From Verrucomicrobiales bacterium (GTDB lineage Bacteria; Verrucomicrobiota; Verrucomicrobiia; Limisphaerales; JACDHS01), in assembly GCA_028293445.1 (NCBI GenBank), contig JAQGOU010000115.1, forward strand, positions 4,129 through 68,128: 64,000 nucleotides of DNA, read 5' to 3'. The position numbers and the translations under genes were made by a program. Below the pieces are notes generated by a model. It did not search any database, was not told the DNA's origin, and was given only the letters and a program-made list of their open reading frames with translations. Of this stretch, positions 47,067 to 57,659 are shown piece after piece. Positions within the stretch are counted from its first letter, which is position 1, and each line of letters opens with the position of its first letter.

Positions 47067-49688
47067 TTATTTCTCTGGAAATTCCAATTTAAATTCCGTG
47101 AAGCTGCCCACTTCGCTGCTCACTGAAACCGTGCCCCCCCATTCCGTCAGGATGCGATAGCAAATACTGAGCCCAAGCCCCATGCCTTCACCGACATCCT
47201 TGGTTGTGAAGAACGGATCAAAGATCTTCCCGAGGTTTTCGCTGGGGATACCATTCCCATTGTCTCGAATAATAATCAAACGCCGCCCGGGCTCACTCTT
47301 GGCCTCCATCCAAATTGTAGGCGCACTGTCCAAAAACTGCTTTTCTTTCAGGGCATCGAGGGCGTTCTGCACCAGATTCACCAGAACTTGCACCAATTTG
47401 TTGGAATTACCGTTAATCCGGAAATCTTCAGGAATCGCTTTCTCGAACCGAACTGCTTTGAGTTGGTCACTTAAGAAACGTTCAACCGAGGCAACGACCT
47501 TTTTCACATCCACTGATTCAAGCTGGTCGGTGCTTGGATGCGTAAACGTGCGCAAATCGGAAACAATGTTCTTTACGCGGTCGACACCCTCTTCGATGTC
47601 GCGTAAGACCTCACCGAAGTCAGGTTGCTCGCCCGCAGGAAGAAGCTTCTCTTTTTTCCTCAGGGAATAGAGGGCAGTTTTGGTGTAATTCAAAGGGTTA
47701 TTAATCTCGTGGATAATCCCTGCACTCATACGGCCTAGCCCTGCCATTTTTTCAGAATGGACGAGTTGCGCCTGCGCGTCTTTCAATTCTTCCAACGTCG
47801 CTTCGAGAATTTGGTTCTGTCGCGCCAGCGTGCGCTGCATTTGATGTTGCTCAACCAGATTCTTCACGCGGACATGCAGTTCCGTGGTCGAAAACGGTTT
47901 GCTCAAAAAGTCGTTCGCGCCAGCGGACAATGTCGCCAGCTTGGTTTCCTCGTCCGCGCGAGCAGTCAGTAAAATGATCGGGATATGCTGGGTCGAAGTT
48001 TTGGCGCGCAATTCACGGCATACCTGCAACCCATCCTTTTCCGGCATCATCATATCGAGCAAAATGATTTCGGGTAGAAACTGGCTCGCTTTCTCGGTCG
48101 CCTGCAATCCATCCACCGCTTCCAACACATGGAATTGCCCACTCAATTGCGTCTTCAAAAAGCGCAACATGTCTGGCTCGTCGTCTGCAATAAGCATCCG
48201 CGGCTTCTTGGTTGCGGAAACTTCTTCAGGACGCAGCCCCTCTTGAACGGACGCCATCCCGGGATGCAACTCGGCCCGTCGATATAAATTCGAAAGCCAC
48301 TCATCGGTCTTTGAAACCGGCCCTGCCTCGGTGACCGCCACGGACGCTTCGGGCACAGCTTCCAGTTCGGCCTTTGCCTCGATGTAAGGCAACTCAATCG
48401 TCATCGTCGTGCCTTTCCCAAGCTGGCTTTCTGCGATCACTTTTCCGCCCTGCACCTCGACCAGTTCCTTGACCAGCGCCAGACCAATTCCAGTTCCTTG
48501 ATACTTCCTCTGTGCAGACGTGTCCGCCTGCCAAAAACGATCAAAAATGAATGGAAGATGGTTTTCGGCGATACCCATTCCCGTATCCGCGACGCGCAAG
48601 ATGAGCGTTTCATTCCGTCGTTCCGCCTGAACGGTCACTTCACCGCCGCCCGCCGTGAATTTCAAAGCGTTGAACATCAGGTTCAGGAGAATCTTTTCCA
48701 ACTTGTCGCGGTCTGTGACGATTGTGCCAATGTTTTCCGAAATCAGCGTCGTCACTTTAAGCCGTTTATCTTTCGCCACGCCTTGAACAGAATTAGCGAG
48801 CCCCCGAATGAAATCCCGGACAGATAACGCATCCTTTCTCAAATGCATTTTTTCGGATTCCAACTTTTCCAGGTCGAGTAGGTCGTTGATCAGCTTGAGC
48901 AAGCGCATGCCGTTTGCATGCATCGTTTGCAAGAGGCTGCCGGTTTCTGCATCAAACTCAGGCGCTTTGCGGTGGAGAATTGTTTCCAGGGGGGCAATCA
49001 GGAGCGTCAATGGAGTGCGCAACTCATGACTCATGTTCGCGAAAAAACGACTTTTCACGCGATCCAGTTCCACGAGCTTGCGATTGCCTTCTTCGAGTTG
49101 CTGCCGGTTGGCATCCAGCTCGTGTCTTAACGAAAACTCCCGAAAGCGCAGTTTGCTGTGGAAATAACTGCTCACCACCACGACCACTGACGTCAGCGAC
49201 AAGAAATAGACGTTATTCACGAGATACCTGGCTTCGAAAGTTGAGGATTGGAGCAGGCCTGCCGCGACATACATGAAGATAACCATGCCCGCTGCGAGCA
49301 AATTTTCCTGGTAGGTCCAGGGCAAAATCAATCCGATCGCCAGCACAACGAGGTTTAGTCCAGCATAATAGGGCGAGAGCGGATCCTTCGCCGCGTAAAT
49401 CATCCAGGCTATGAAGAGCGCTGGAAGCATGTACCAGGTCATTCCGAGGACGCGGTAATGCTTTTTTCCGAAGGAGGTGAAAAATAGCGCGAGAACGACC
49501 CCGACCAACAAAGAGCAAAACAACCGCGCCTGCAGGAAACTCCAGACCTTGTGCGGATAGACGAAATAGTCCAGCACGAACCCCGCCGGCATCATGATGA
49601 TCGCCAGGATTGCGCCCATTTTGGAATTGGCGATCCTGACCTGCCGATCGTATTCCGCAAAATCCCGCTGGACGTCGTTATTGTTCAA
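47067..49688 (-). CDS. Membrane hybrid sensor kinase with two complete kinase cores (7TM-HK-REC-HK)
   Basis: 873 aa with about 6-7 N-terminal TM helices. HK1: [14 protein letters not shown] ... DTGMGIA...[14 protein letters not shown]: [10 protein letters not shown]...[13 protein letters not shown]2: [13 protein letters not shown] ... RDNGNGIP...[11 protein letters not shown]. Confidence 0.9.
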   Translation of the reverse strand: MNNNDVQRDFAEYDRQVRIANSKMGAILAIIMMPAGFVLDYFVYPHKVWSFLQARLFCSLLVGVVLALFFTSFGKKHYRVLGMTWYMLPALFIAWMIYAAKDPLSPYYAGLNLVVLAIGLILPWTYQENLLAAGMVIFMYVAAGLLQSSTFEARYLVNNVYFLSLTSVVVVVSSYFHSKLRFREFSLRHELDANRQQLEEGNRKLVELDRVKSRFFANMSHELRTPLTLLIAPLETILHRKAPEFDAETGSLLQTMHANGMRLLKLINDLLDLEKLESEKMHLRKDALSVRDFIRGLANSVQGVAKDKRLKVTTLISENIGTIVTDRDKLEKILLNLMFNALKFTAGGGEVTVQAERRNETLILRVADTGMGIAENHLPFIFDRFWQADTSAQRKYQGTGIGLALVKELVEVQGGKVIAESQLGKGTTMTIELPYIEAKAELEAVPEASVAVTEAGPVSKTDEWLSNLYRRAELHPGMASVQEGLRPEEVSATKKPRMLIADDEPDMLRFLKTQLSGQFHVLEAVDGLQATEKASQFLPEIILLDMMMPEKDGLQVCRELRAKTSTQHIPIILLTARADEETKLATLSAGANDFLSKPFSTTELHVRVKNLVEQHQMQRTLARQNQILEATLEELKDAQAQLVHSEKMAGLGRMSAGIIHEINNPLNYTKTALYSLRKKEKLLPAGEQPDFGEVLRDIEEGVDRVKNIVSDLRTFTHPSTDQLESVDVKKVVASVERFLSDQLKAVRFEKAIPEDFRINGNSNKLVQVLVNLVQNALDALKEKQFLDSAPTIWMEAKSEPGRRLIIIRDNGNGIPSENLGKIFDPFFTTKDVGEGMGLGLSICYRILTEWGGTVSVSSEVGSFTEFKLEFPEK

Positions 49689-51121
49689 TTGGAGCTATTA
49701 AGCGGCTTGCGGACTTCGATGAAAATATTCGAGCCGGTTGTTTCCGCGCGAACGGTATAGGAGTCGGGCGGTGCCTGATCGGGCCGCAAGGTTTCGAATT
49801 GCCTGCTGTTCCGATACACCAGATGCCATTCGAAAATATATTCCATCGTGTTCCGGATCGGATTGGAAGCATCAACATTCGTTGCCACCAGTAATCCACC
49901 TGGCGCGAGCAAGTCATAAAAGATGCCCATCAACCGTTTACAAATGCGATCGTTGAGATAATCAAACAACCCGGCACAGTAAATGAAATCATAATCGCCA
50001 CCATTCGCTTGCACTTTTGAATACTCTTTCAACATTTGATGGACAGACTTCTTCACCATTTGGATCTGGGTCGTCCGCCGGTTCTTCATCTTGATTTCTT
50101 CGAGAAGTTTGCCGGTGTGCTCGAGGGTTTCGTCGTTGAAATCAAGCAGCGTCAGGTTCGAGCGATCACACAAATCCTCATGCATTAAGAAATTTTGGAT
50201 TTCTTTGGCGGGGCCACAACCAAGATTCAAAATCCGGGAGGTGCGACCGAGTCGCGTGCAACGACGTGTTTCCTCTACCAGTTTGTCCGTGAGATAAACC
50301 ACGCGGTTGCGATGCCCTTCGGCCGGCGCCTGAAGCAAGATGTAGACATTCAACAACTTTGCGAATAGCGAACTCCCTTCCACAGGATCGCGCAGAATCA
50401 TATTCACCATCTCGTAGTCGCCCGCGTAACCGAGCGGCTTTTGGTAAATGCGATACATGAAGGGCGAACACAGCAATAGTGGATGCAGTTGACGCTTCAC
50501 ATACATTCGATGCACGGGCTGAAGCTCCTGTTGGATCACGGCCGCAGCTTGTTCAAAGCGGGCAAACAGGGAGTTCACCGTCGGAAGCATGGGCGTACGC
50601 AATTCTCCAATCACATCTCGCTCCATCTGCGGACGACTACCCGTCGATTGTGAACGCACCCCAAGTTCCACTTGTTCGAGCCATCGACGCAGATCCGCGA
50701 GCAGCGTCTGCATGTCCGCGACGATAACTTTAAAATCTGGCAGCACCTTGTAAATCTTTTCCCATTCCTTCAGAAACTCATTGAATTCCTCCTGGAGCCT
50801 CGCCGGATGGGTCATCGGCGAAAAGAGATCAACATCAAGCCAGTTGTCATCCAGCGTCGCCTCGCAAACCAGAACGATGCCGGTATTCACGAGGTTGCTC
50901 ACCACTGCACGACCGGAATAGACCATCCGCTCATTCATGATGATTTTAAATTCATGAAGCACTTCAGACAGCTGCAGGATGCTATAGGGATTATAAACCT
51001 CAAAAACCACAAGATACCGCGTCAGCCGCAAAGGCGTCGCGCGGATTTCAACTCCCTGACTGTTACGACAAATGATGAAGCTGTTCTTCTCACCTGTCTG
51101 GAGAGCAATTGTGTTTTCCAT
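49685..51121 (-). CDS. Class I SAM-dependent methyltransferase with N-terminal beta-rich (PilZ-like?) domain; PhcB-like (tentative)
   Basis: 478 aa. Motif I ILNLGCGPAKE, post-I LLDFN, motif II/III DFIYCAGLFDYLND ... LLAPGGLLVATN. 4-nt overlap with the downstream hybrid kinase. Confidence 0.8.
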   Translation of the reverse strand: MENTIALQTGEKNSFIICRNSQGVEIRATPLRLTRYLVVFEVYNPYSILQLSEVLHEFKIIMNERMVYSGRAVVSNLVNTGIVLVCEATLDDNWLDVDLFSPMTHPARLQEEFNEFLKEWEKIYKVLPDFKVIVADMQTLLADLRRWLEQVELGVRSQSTGSRPQMERDVIGELRTPMLPTVNSLFARFEQAAAVIQQELQPVHRMYVKRQLHPLLLCSPFMYRIYQKPLGYAGDYEMVNMILRDPVEGSSLFAKLLNVYILLQAPAEGHRNRVVYLTDKLVEETRRCTRLGRTSRILNLGCGPAKEIQNFLMHEDLCDRSNLTLLDFNDETLEHTGKLLEEIKMKNRRTTQIQMVKKSVHQMLKEYSKVQANGGDYDFIYCAGLFDYLNDRICKRLMGIFYDLLAPGGLLVATNVDASNPIRNTMEYIFEWHLVYRNSRQFETLRPDQAPPDSYTVRAETTGSNIFIEVRKPLNSSN

Positions 51122-51454
51122 TGTTTCAGTCCGTTAGCCGGATTCTCTGCAGTTTAAAGTGTCGGGTAATCCAATGTTTTTGGAAAAAAATCCCTCGCGG
51201 AATGCTTATTTTTTCCATTCCACCGACATGTTATACCATACAACATTCTGTCGTAGTTTCATCTAATCCTAAAAAAAGGGTCTTGAACAGTCTTTTTAGG
51301 GGAAACCCTTAGCCTTCGGTGGTTCTGACGCGCCCATATCTCTCACTCCTGTAGACAGTTGGAGTCGCTGATGCTTAAAGGTTTGCGCTCATTATCGGTT
51401 TCAGCCATGCTCCGCGCGATTTCGACGGTTTCCATCAATAAACTCGACCCGCTC

Positions 51455-52684
51455 ATGCACCGAAAATACTCCATCACCTCGGTTCTTTTGCTGAAATACT
51501 CCTCACTCCTGGTCCTTTTAGCAGGGCTACCACGACTCTACGTTCCTGACGCGAACGCCGTCGCGTTTCGGCTTCCTAATCAAGACCCCGAAGCCATTGC
51601 GCGTGGCAATGCTTTTGCCGCCACTGCGGACAATCCATCAGCCATATATTATAATCCTGCTGGTATTACTCAGTTAGAAGGGCAAACCATCAGCGCAGGG
51701 GTATATTTAATTTCCGCTGATACCACCTACACCTCACCTACCGGAGCCAAAGCGCATACCGACGCGAAGTTCCAACCGGTCCCTCAGATTTACTACGTTT
51801 ACTCCCCCACAAATTCAGCGCTTTCGTTTGGCGTCGGCGTTTACGCACCTTATGGACTGTCTCTCGACTGGCAAAATCCACCATTCCGCACGATCGCGGA
51901 CAGCGGCAAGTTGTTGTATGCCACCGTCAATCCAGTGGTCGCGTGGAAAGTTCATCGCACCTTTTCCATTGGCATAGGACCAACGCTTAATTATTCCGAA
52001 GCCGAACTGAAACAAGGGATTGGCATTCTTCCAAATGATCAATTCAGGTTCAAAGGCCATGGGGTCGACTATGGTTTCAACGCGGGAATGATGTGGCAAC
52101 CGCACGAGCAGTGGTCCTTTGGCGTTAACTACCGCTATCTCACCACCGTCAATTACCGCGGCGAATCCGAAGCCAAACCGCTCTTTCCTCCTCGCGGCAG
52201 CAGCGCCAAAATTCGTTTTCCCCAATTCGTGGTCGGCGGAGTCTCGTTCCGTCCAACCGAAAAGTGGAATCTGGAATTCGACGTGGACTGGACCGACTGG
52301 GATAACGTGAATGAGATTAATTTCAAGAACACCTCCTTCGGCACCCTCCCGTTCGTGGTAAATTATCAGTCCGGCTTCATGTATGAATTCGGCATCACGC
52401 GAAAGCTCCCCAAAGGGTATTACGCCAGCCTAGGTTATTTCTTCAGCGAAAATTCCAGCCCGGATAAGTATTTCAACCCCATCGTTCCGGACGGCGATTT
52501 ATATCTCGGCAGTTGTGGCGTCGGACACAAAGGCCAGCGTTGGGACTTTGCGCTCGCCTATCATTTTGCGTCCAACGGCAGCGGACGCGATGTCAAAGGC
52601 AGCCTCGCAAAGGGCGGGTTGGCGGACGGGAATTACAAAACGTTTAACCAGGCGGTAAACCTTTCCGCGGCATTCAAATTCTAA
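51455..52684 (+). CDS. Outer-membrane hydrophobic-compound channel (FadL/OmpP1/TodX family)
   Basis: ORF 51359..52684 (TTG). I prefer ATG 51455 (MHRKYSITSVLLL...PDANA signal). AFRLPNQDPEAIARGNAFAATADNPSAIYYNPAGI is the FadL-family N-terminal hatch signature. The C-terminus is ...AVNLSAAFKF. Confidence 0.8.
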   Translation: MHRKYSITSVLLLKYSSLLVLLAGLPRLYVPDANAVAFRLPNQDPEAIARGNAFAATADNPSAIYYNPAGITQLEGQTISAGVYLISADTTYTSPTGAKAHTDAKFQPVPQIYYVYSPTNSALSFGVGVYAPYGLSLDWQNPPFRTIADSGKLLYATVNPVVAWKVHRTFSIGIGPTLNYSEAELKQGIGILPNDQFRFKGHGVDYGFNAGMMWQPHEQWSFGVNYRYLTTVNYRGESEAKPLFPPRGSSAKIRFPQFVVGGVSFRPTEKWNLEFDVDWTDWDNVNEINFKNTSFGTLPFVVNYQSGFMYEFGITRKLPKGYYASLGYFFSENSSPDKYFNPIVPDGDLYLGSCGVGHKGQRWDFALAYHFASNGSGRDVKGSLAKGGLADGNYKTFNQAVNLSAAFKF

Positions 52685-52708
52685 GAACCTTGTCCATGTT
52701 CTAGAAGA

Positions 52709-52740
52709 GGCCGTCCGATCCGGACGGCCTTTTCGTTTTC
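52709..52740 (+). terminator. Rho-independent terminator after the FadL-like gene
   Basis: ggccgtccg-atc-cggacggcc perfect 9-bp stem (52709-52729) followed by ttttcgttttc. Confidence 0.8.
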
Positions 52741-52741
52741 T

Positions 52742-54178
52742 CTACGCAAGAATTTCGCGCACAACGTTCCCGTGCACGTCTGTCAGACGGAAATCGCGGC
52801 CGCTATAACGGTACGTCAGCTTTGTGTGTTCAATGCCCATCAGATGCAAAATCGTGGCGTGCAAATCGTGGACGTGCACTTTGTTCTCGACGGCGTGCCA
52901 GCCAAATTCATCCGTGGCACCGTGAACCATCCCGCCTTTGATGCCGCCACCCGCCAGCCACATCGTGAAGCCGAAGGGATGATGTTCGCGTCCGTCCTTG
53001 CCTTCAGCAGTGGGCGTGCGCCCGAATTCTCCGCCCCAGATCACGAGCGTATCTTCCAAAAGTCCACGCGCTTTCAAGTCTTTCAGCAACCCTGCAATCG
53101 GTTTGTCCACGGCGGCGCAGTTGTTCGGCAGTTCTTTCTGCAAATCACCGTGCTGATCCCAGAGTTGGCAACTGGTGCGCTTGGTGGTTTGGGTGTGATA
53201 AACCTGCGCCACCCGCACGCCGCGTTCAACCAGTCGACGCGCCATCAAACATTGTTTGCCAAAAATATCCGTCGCATCGTCGCCAATGCCGTAAAGCTTC
53301 TTCGTTTCCGGTGATTCTGCTTCGACATCAAAAGCCTGCGGCGCTTCCGATTGCATGCGGAACGCCAGCTCAAATGATTCGATGCGCGCGTTGAGCCGAC
53401 TATCCTCCTCACGTCGCGCTTGGTGCAAATGGTTGATCTTCTTCAACCAATCCAGTTGTCCGCGCTGTTGTTTTCGTGAGAACAGTTTGTTGTCCAGATT
53501 GGCAATCGGATTCTTCAAATCCGAAACAAGGGTTCCCTGGTAGGCCGCCGGCAGAAAACTGGAACTCCACAGCGGCGCCCCTTGGGCCGGTTGCGCCGGA
53601 CTGATGACCACGAACCCCGGCAAATTCTGATTCTCGCTACCGAGACCGTAGAGCAGCCATGAACCCATGCTGGGCCTGGAAAAAGCCTGCTCGCCGGTAT
53701 TCATCTGCAAACAAGCGCCGTTATGATTGATGTTATCCGCCACCATGGACCGAATGATGCAGAGGTCATCCACACACGTGGAAAGGTGTGGAAATAATTC
53801 ACTGACTTCGATTCCCGCCTGACCGTGCTTCTGGAATTTCCAGGGTGAACCCAAAAGATTACCGGTCTTGGTCCGTTCGAGCTTCGGCTTTTCAAACGGC
53901 AGCGGCTTACCCATATCAACGAGCAAACGCGGCTTCGGATCGAAGAGATCGACATGCGATGGACCGCCGGACATGAAAAGAAAAATCACGCGCTTCGCCT
54001 TCGCCGGATATTGCGGCGGCTTGACGGTGAGCGGATTTGAATTCGCCGCCTCCGCGAGCGCGCGCGTGACAAAATCATCCGCGAACAATCCCGCCAGGCC
54101 GAGCATGCCGAAGCCGCTGGCAAATCGCTTGAGCATTTGTCGCCGATTCAAGGGAAACTGCCTCTCCATTTCATTCAT
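52742..54178 (-). CDS. DUF1501 protein (sulfatase-fold, Tat-signal), partner of the PSCyt/PSD protein
   Basis: ORF 52742..54238; preferred ATG 54178 (MNEMERQFPLNRRQMLKRFASGFGMLGLAGL, twin-arginine). FLFMSGGPSHVDLFDPKP and WGGEFGRTP are typical of DUF1501. Confidence 0.85.
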   Translation of the reverse strand: MNEMERQFPLNRRQMLKRFASGFGMLGLAGLFADDFVTRALAEAANSNPLTVKPPQYPAKAKRVIFLFMSGGPSHVDLFDPKPRLLVDMGKPLPFEKPKLERTKTGNLLGSPWKFQKHGQAGIEVSELFPHLSTCVDDLCIIRSMVADNINHNGACLQMNTGEQAFSRPSMGSWLLYGLGSENQNLPGFVVISPAQPAQGAPLWSSSFLPAAYQGTLVSDLKNPIANLDNKLFSRKQQRGQLDWLKKINHLHQARREEDSRLNARIESFELAFRMQSEAPQAFDVEAESPETKKLYGIGDDATDIFGKQCLMARRLVERGVRVAQVYHTQTTKRTSCQLWDQHGDLQKELPNNCAAVDKPIAGLLKDLKARGLLEDTLVIWGGEFGRTPTAEGKDGREHHPFGFTMWLAGGGIKGGMVHGATDEFGWHAVENKVHVHDLHATILHLMGIEHTKLTYRYSGRDFRLTDVHGNVVREILA

Positions 54179-54192
54179 AAAGGTCCATTCGC

Positions 54193-57100
54193 TTAATCGG
54201 CATAAACAAATTCGTTCGCACACAGTAGCGTCTGGCAATACTCCAGCCAGGCCGTTTCCACCGGTTGCTTTTCCTTGTGCGCCATCTCCAATACTGCCCG
54301 GCCAATCTTAACTTCTTCCCCCACTGGCAGCCGTCCATAGAGCATCTGATACAGCCACTCGATTTTCTTCCCGTCATTCAATTTGCCAAACTTCGTCACC
54401 CGACCCGCCAACGCCTTGGCCTGTGCGATTACGAAGGGATGATTCAGCAGGAACAACGCCTGCGGTGCGACGGTGGAAACCACCCGTGATTCCACAATCG
54501 CCGTTGAGTCAGCCCCATCGAACATCGCCCGATAATTACTGCGATCGGAGCGGATGGTCATGAGATACAACGTGCGTCGATCGTTGTTCAAATCACGGAT
54601 GGCCGCTCCACCCAGACTGCGATCAAGACGGCCCGCCGCCGCCAATAAACTGTCGCGCAACGATTCCGCATCGAGACGCTGGCGCGGCATTCGGCCGAGT
54701 AATTTGTTTTCCGGATCCGTATTCAAGGTCGCGCGTTCCGGCACCGAAGACTGCTGATAAACCGCCGAAAGAAGGATCGAGCGATGCATGGCCTTGATAG
54801 ACCAACCGGATTCCACAAAGCGGCGCGCCAGATAATCGAGCAACTCAGGATGCGTCGGCGGCGTGCCGAGTTTCCCGTAGTTGTTCGGCGTTCGCACGAT
54901 GCCTTCGCCGAAGTGGTGTTGCCAAATGCGATTCATCATCACACGCGCCGTGAGTGGATTCGCGGGACTGCCGAGCCATTTCGCCAATTGCAACCGTCCG
55001 CTCCCCTCGGTGAATGGTGTTTGGTGATCCCCAGCAATGATGCGCGGGAATCCTCGCGGCACCAATTCGCCCAATCGATCGTATCGCCCGCGCACATGAA
55101 TTTTCACATCATGCACGCCAGCGTGAGGGCTTTCCGGAACGCCCCCTTCCTGCAAACCGTGCGCCATCAGAAGCGCTGCTGGCGGATGACTTCGCAGGTC
55201 GCTCAGCTCGGCCTTATCCTTTTGCAAAGTATTCTTCGCCTCAGCGGTAAACAATTTTTCCTCGTTCCGCAACGGCGCCCAAAAGGAACCGCGCGGAACA
55301 GCGAACGCCATGTAAACCCCGTTCGTCACGGTCGTATCCAAAACCTCCTTCTGCATCTGCGCGGCAACGCGTTTAACCTCTGCCAGATCGACACGGTTCG
55401 ATCCCTTTGCCATTTCCAGCCAGCGACCCACCCCGGATTCTGCCGATGCCGTCAGGCTTTTCACGGCCAGATCACGGAAGCGCCAAATATCCGCGTTGCC
55501 GAATCGATCCGAATGAGGGTTCCCGGAATGGAGATCGCTCGCCACGTCTTGATTAATATCCCAAACACGTTTCTGTCCCTCCGCTTCCACGACTTCCAAC
55601 TCGATCATCGTCGTATCGCATTCGTAAGCGCCCTTGGGAAAGATATTCAATTGCACGTAATCTCCCGCTTGAACCTGACACGAAATGGCGGACTCCTTGC
55701 CCGCAAGTTGTTCCATGCCGCCGCTCGGAATCGATCCCTTCGCCAATGGCGTTTCCTTGGGACCAGATAGTTTAACCAGGCTCCACTCAATGCCATCGCC
55801 GCAATTGGGATCTATATCTACCACTCGACCTTTGATGTGCACCGCCCCGGTCACGGGACTTTTCCAGGCCGCCGCGACCCCATCCTTGGGCGATGGATGC
55901 ATACTGATATGATGGGCCGGCAGTTTGATCGTGGCATAGACAATCTCCTGGTCCGTGCTGTTCGCCACCACCGACGGGTTCTCAGCACCACTGGCCATGC
56001 GCCAGACATTGAGCCCTTGAATGTTGAGTAGATTGCGAAGCGGTTGCGACAAGAGCCCGAGGTTTTCAGATCCAAGAAAGCTGATCCAGCGGCGCAAAAC
56101 CGGTTCCGCCAGGTTTTGTGATTCCGCGAGCGCACTGAGGGACTTGCTGGAATCCGTTTGATATTCCCACGCCGCCATTAGATAGCGTTCGGTCTCAGTT
56201 TTCGCGCGCGTCGCGACAGCCGCAATTTGCTCATCCTGAGTTTTCTCAATCTGTTTTTCCAACTCCGCGATGCGCGCTTCACGCTGTTTGCGTTGTTCCA
56301 TTTCCGTTTTCGAAGCCAGAGGAATCCGCAACAACGCCTCACCCGCTCCTTTTGCGGTCAGCTTAGGAATGATGTGGCTGCTGAAGAAAATTCCCGCGAG
56401 CGAATAATAATCTGCCGTGGGAATGGGATCGAATTTGTGATCGTGACAACGCGCGCAGGCCAACGTCAGCCCGAGAAAAGCTCGACCCGTCACGTCCACG
56501 GCATCATCCGCGATGTCGGTGAGAATCTTCTCCTTATCCGCGTCGCCATTGCCCCAATTGCCGACCGCATACATGCCGGTGGCGATAATGGCGTTGGTAT
56601 CGATGCCGTCCGGCTGTGGTGATGGCAACAGATCACCAGCAACTTGCTCAGTAATAAACCGGTCGTAAGGCAGATCGCGATTGAAAGCATTCACCACCCA
56701 ATCGCGATAACGCCACGCGTCAATAATATCCTGCTCCGTTCCGACAATTCGGCTATCAAGAGAATCGGTGTAACGCACGACATCCAGCCAATGCCGCGCC
56801 CAACGTTCGCCGTAATGCGGCGATGCCAGCAAACGATCCACGACTTTCGCGAAAGCACCAAGTGACTTGTCGTTGAGAAATGCATCGATCTCTTCCGGCG
56901 TGGGTGGCAAGCCAATGAGATCAAACGTGACCCGACGCAAGAGCGTGCGCTTTTCCGCAGGCTTGGCCGGTGACAATCCTTTCTCTTCCAGTTTCGCGAG
57001 AACGAATTGATCGATCGGCGACTTCACCCATCCCCTTCGTTTCACCTTCGGACGCGGCGGATCTTGCGGTGGAGAAAAGGCCCACAGTTTTTGTGCCGCT

Positions 57101-57531
57101 TCAAAGTCATAAGCCGGTTTTTGCGGAGTCGCAGCCACAGTCGCTGATTCCGTTCGTGGATCAGGTGCGCCCATTTTTACCCACGTGATTAAATCGGCGA
57201 TCTGCGCCTCCGAAAGCTTTTGGTCCTTCGGCGGCATCTGCAAATCTTTATCCGTGTAGCGCACGGCTTTGATCAACAGGCTTTCTTCCGGTTTGCCGGG
57301 CACAATCACCGCGCCGGATTCGCCGCCCTTGAGCATTCCTGCTTTACTGTCGAGCCGCAGCTTGCCTTTCAGTTTCTCCGCCTCCGCGCTGTGACATTTA
57401 TAACAATGCTCGACCAATACAGGACGGATCTTCGTTTCAAAAAAGCTGAAGTCTTCTTCTGCTCGCCCCAGCGAAAACCAAAACAAAGTTGGTACAACCA
57501 GTAGCGATAAATATTTTTGGCGCAGAAACAT
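54193..57531 (-). CDS. PSCyt1/PSCyt2(DUF1549)/PSD1(DUF1553) multidomain protein
   Basis: 1112 aa. Signal peptide and the N-terminal planctomycete-type cytochrome c motif CYKCHSAEAEKLKGKLRLD. DUF1549-like RRVTFDLIGLPPTPEE, CARCHDHKFDPI, and a DUF1553 C-terminus (CANEFVY). Confidence 0.9.
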   Translation of the reverse strand: MFLRQKYLSLLVVPTLFWFSLGRAEEDFSFFETKIRPVLVEHCYKCHSAEAEKLKGKLRLDSKAGMLKGGESGAVIVPGKPEESLLIKAVRYTDKDLQMPPKDQKLSEAQIADLITWVKMGAPDPRTESATVAATPQKPAYDFEAAQKLWAFSPPQDPPRPKVKRRGWVKSPIDQFVLAKLEEKGLSPAKPAEKRTLLRRVTFDLIGLPPTPEEIDAFLNDKSLGAFAKVVDRLLASPHYGERWARHWLDVVRYTDSLDSRIVGTEQDIIDAWRYRDWVVNAFNRDLPYDRFITEQVAGDLLPSPQPDGIDTNAIIATGMYAVGNWGNGDADKEKILTDIADDAVDVTGRAFLGLTLACARCHDHKFDPIPTADYYSLAGIFFSSHIIPKLTAKGAGEALLRIPLASKTEMEQRKQREARIAELEKQIEKTQDEQIAAVATRAKTETERYLMAAWEYQTDSSKSLSALAESQNLAEPVLRRWISFLGSENLGLLSQPLRNLLNIQGLNVWRMASGAENPSVVANSTDQEIVYATIKLPAHHISMHPSPKDGVAAAWKSPVTGAVHIKGRVVDIDPNCGDGIEWSLVKLSGPKETPLAKGSIPSGGMEQLAGKESAISCQVQAGDYVQLNIFPKGAYECDTTMIELEVVEAEGQKRVWDINQDVASDLHSGNPHSDRFGNADIWRFRDLAVKSLTASAESGVGRWLEMAKGSNRVDLAEVKRVAAQMQKEVLDTTVTNGVYMAFAVPRGSFWAPLRNEEKLFTAEAKNTLQKDKAELSDLRSHPPAALLMAHGLQEGGVPESPHAGVHDVKIHVRGRYDRLGELVPRGFPRIIAGDHQTPFTEGSGRLQLAKWLGSPANPLTARVMMNRIWQHHFGEGIVRTPNNYGKLGTPPTHPELLDYLARRFVESGWSIKAMHRSILLSAVYQQSSVPERATLNTDPENKLLGRMPRQRLDAESLRDSLLAAAGRLDRSLGGAAIRDLNNDRRTLYLMTIRSDRSNYRAMFDGADSTAIVESRVVSTVAPQALFLLNHPFVIAQAKALAGRVTKFGKLNDGKKIEWLYQMLYGRLPVGEEVKIGRAVLEMAHKEKQPVETAWLEYCQTLLCANEFVYAD

Positions 57532-57659
57532 TTGGGCGTAACGGCAGCTTATTCAAAACCGCCCGACTACGCAACGTCGACAACCCCGTCAACCGCCGGA
57601 GGGAGATGCCCGGCAAAAAGAAATGTCCAATTCCTGCCCGGGCGGGGAATAGTTAGTAG

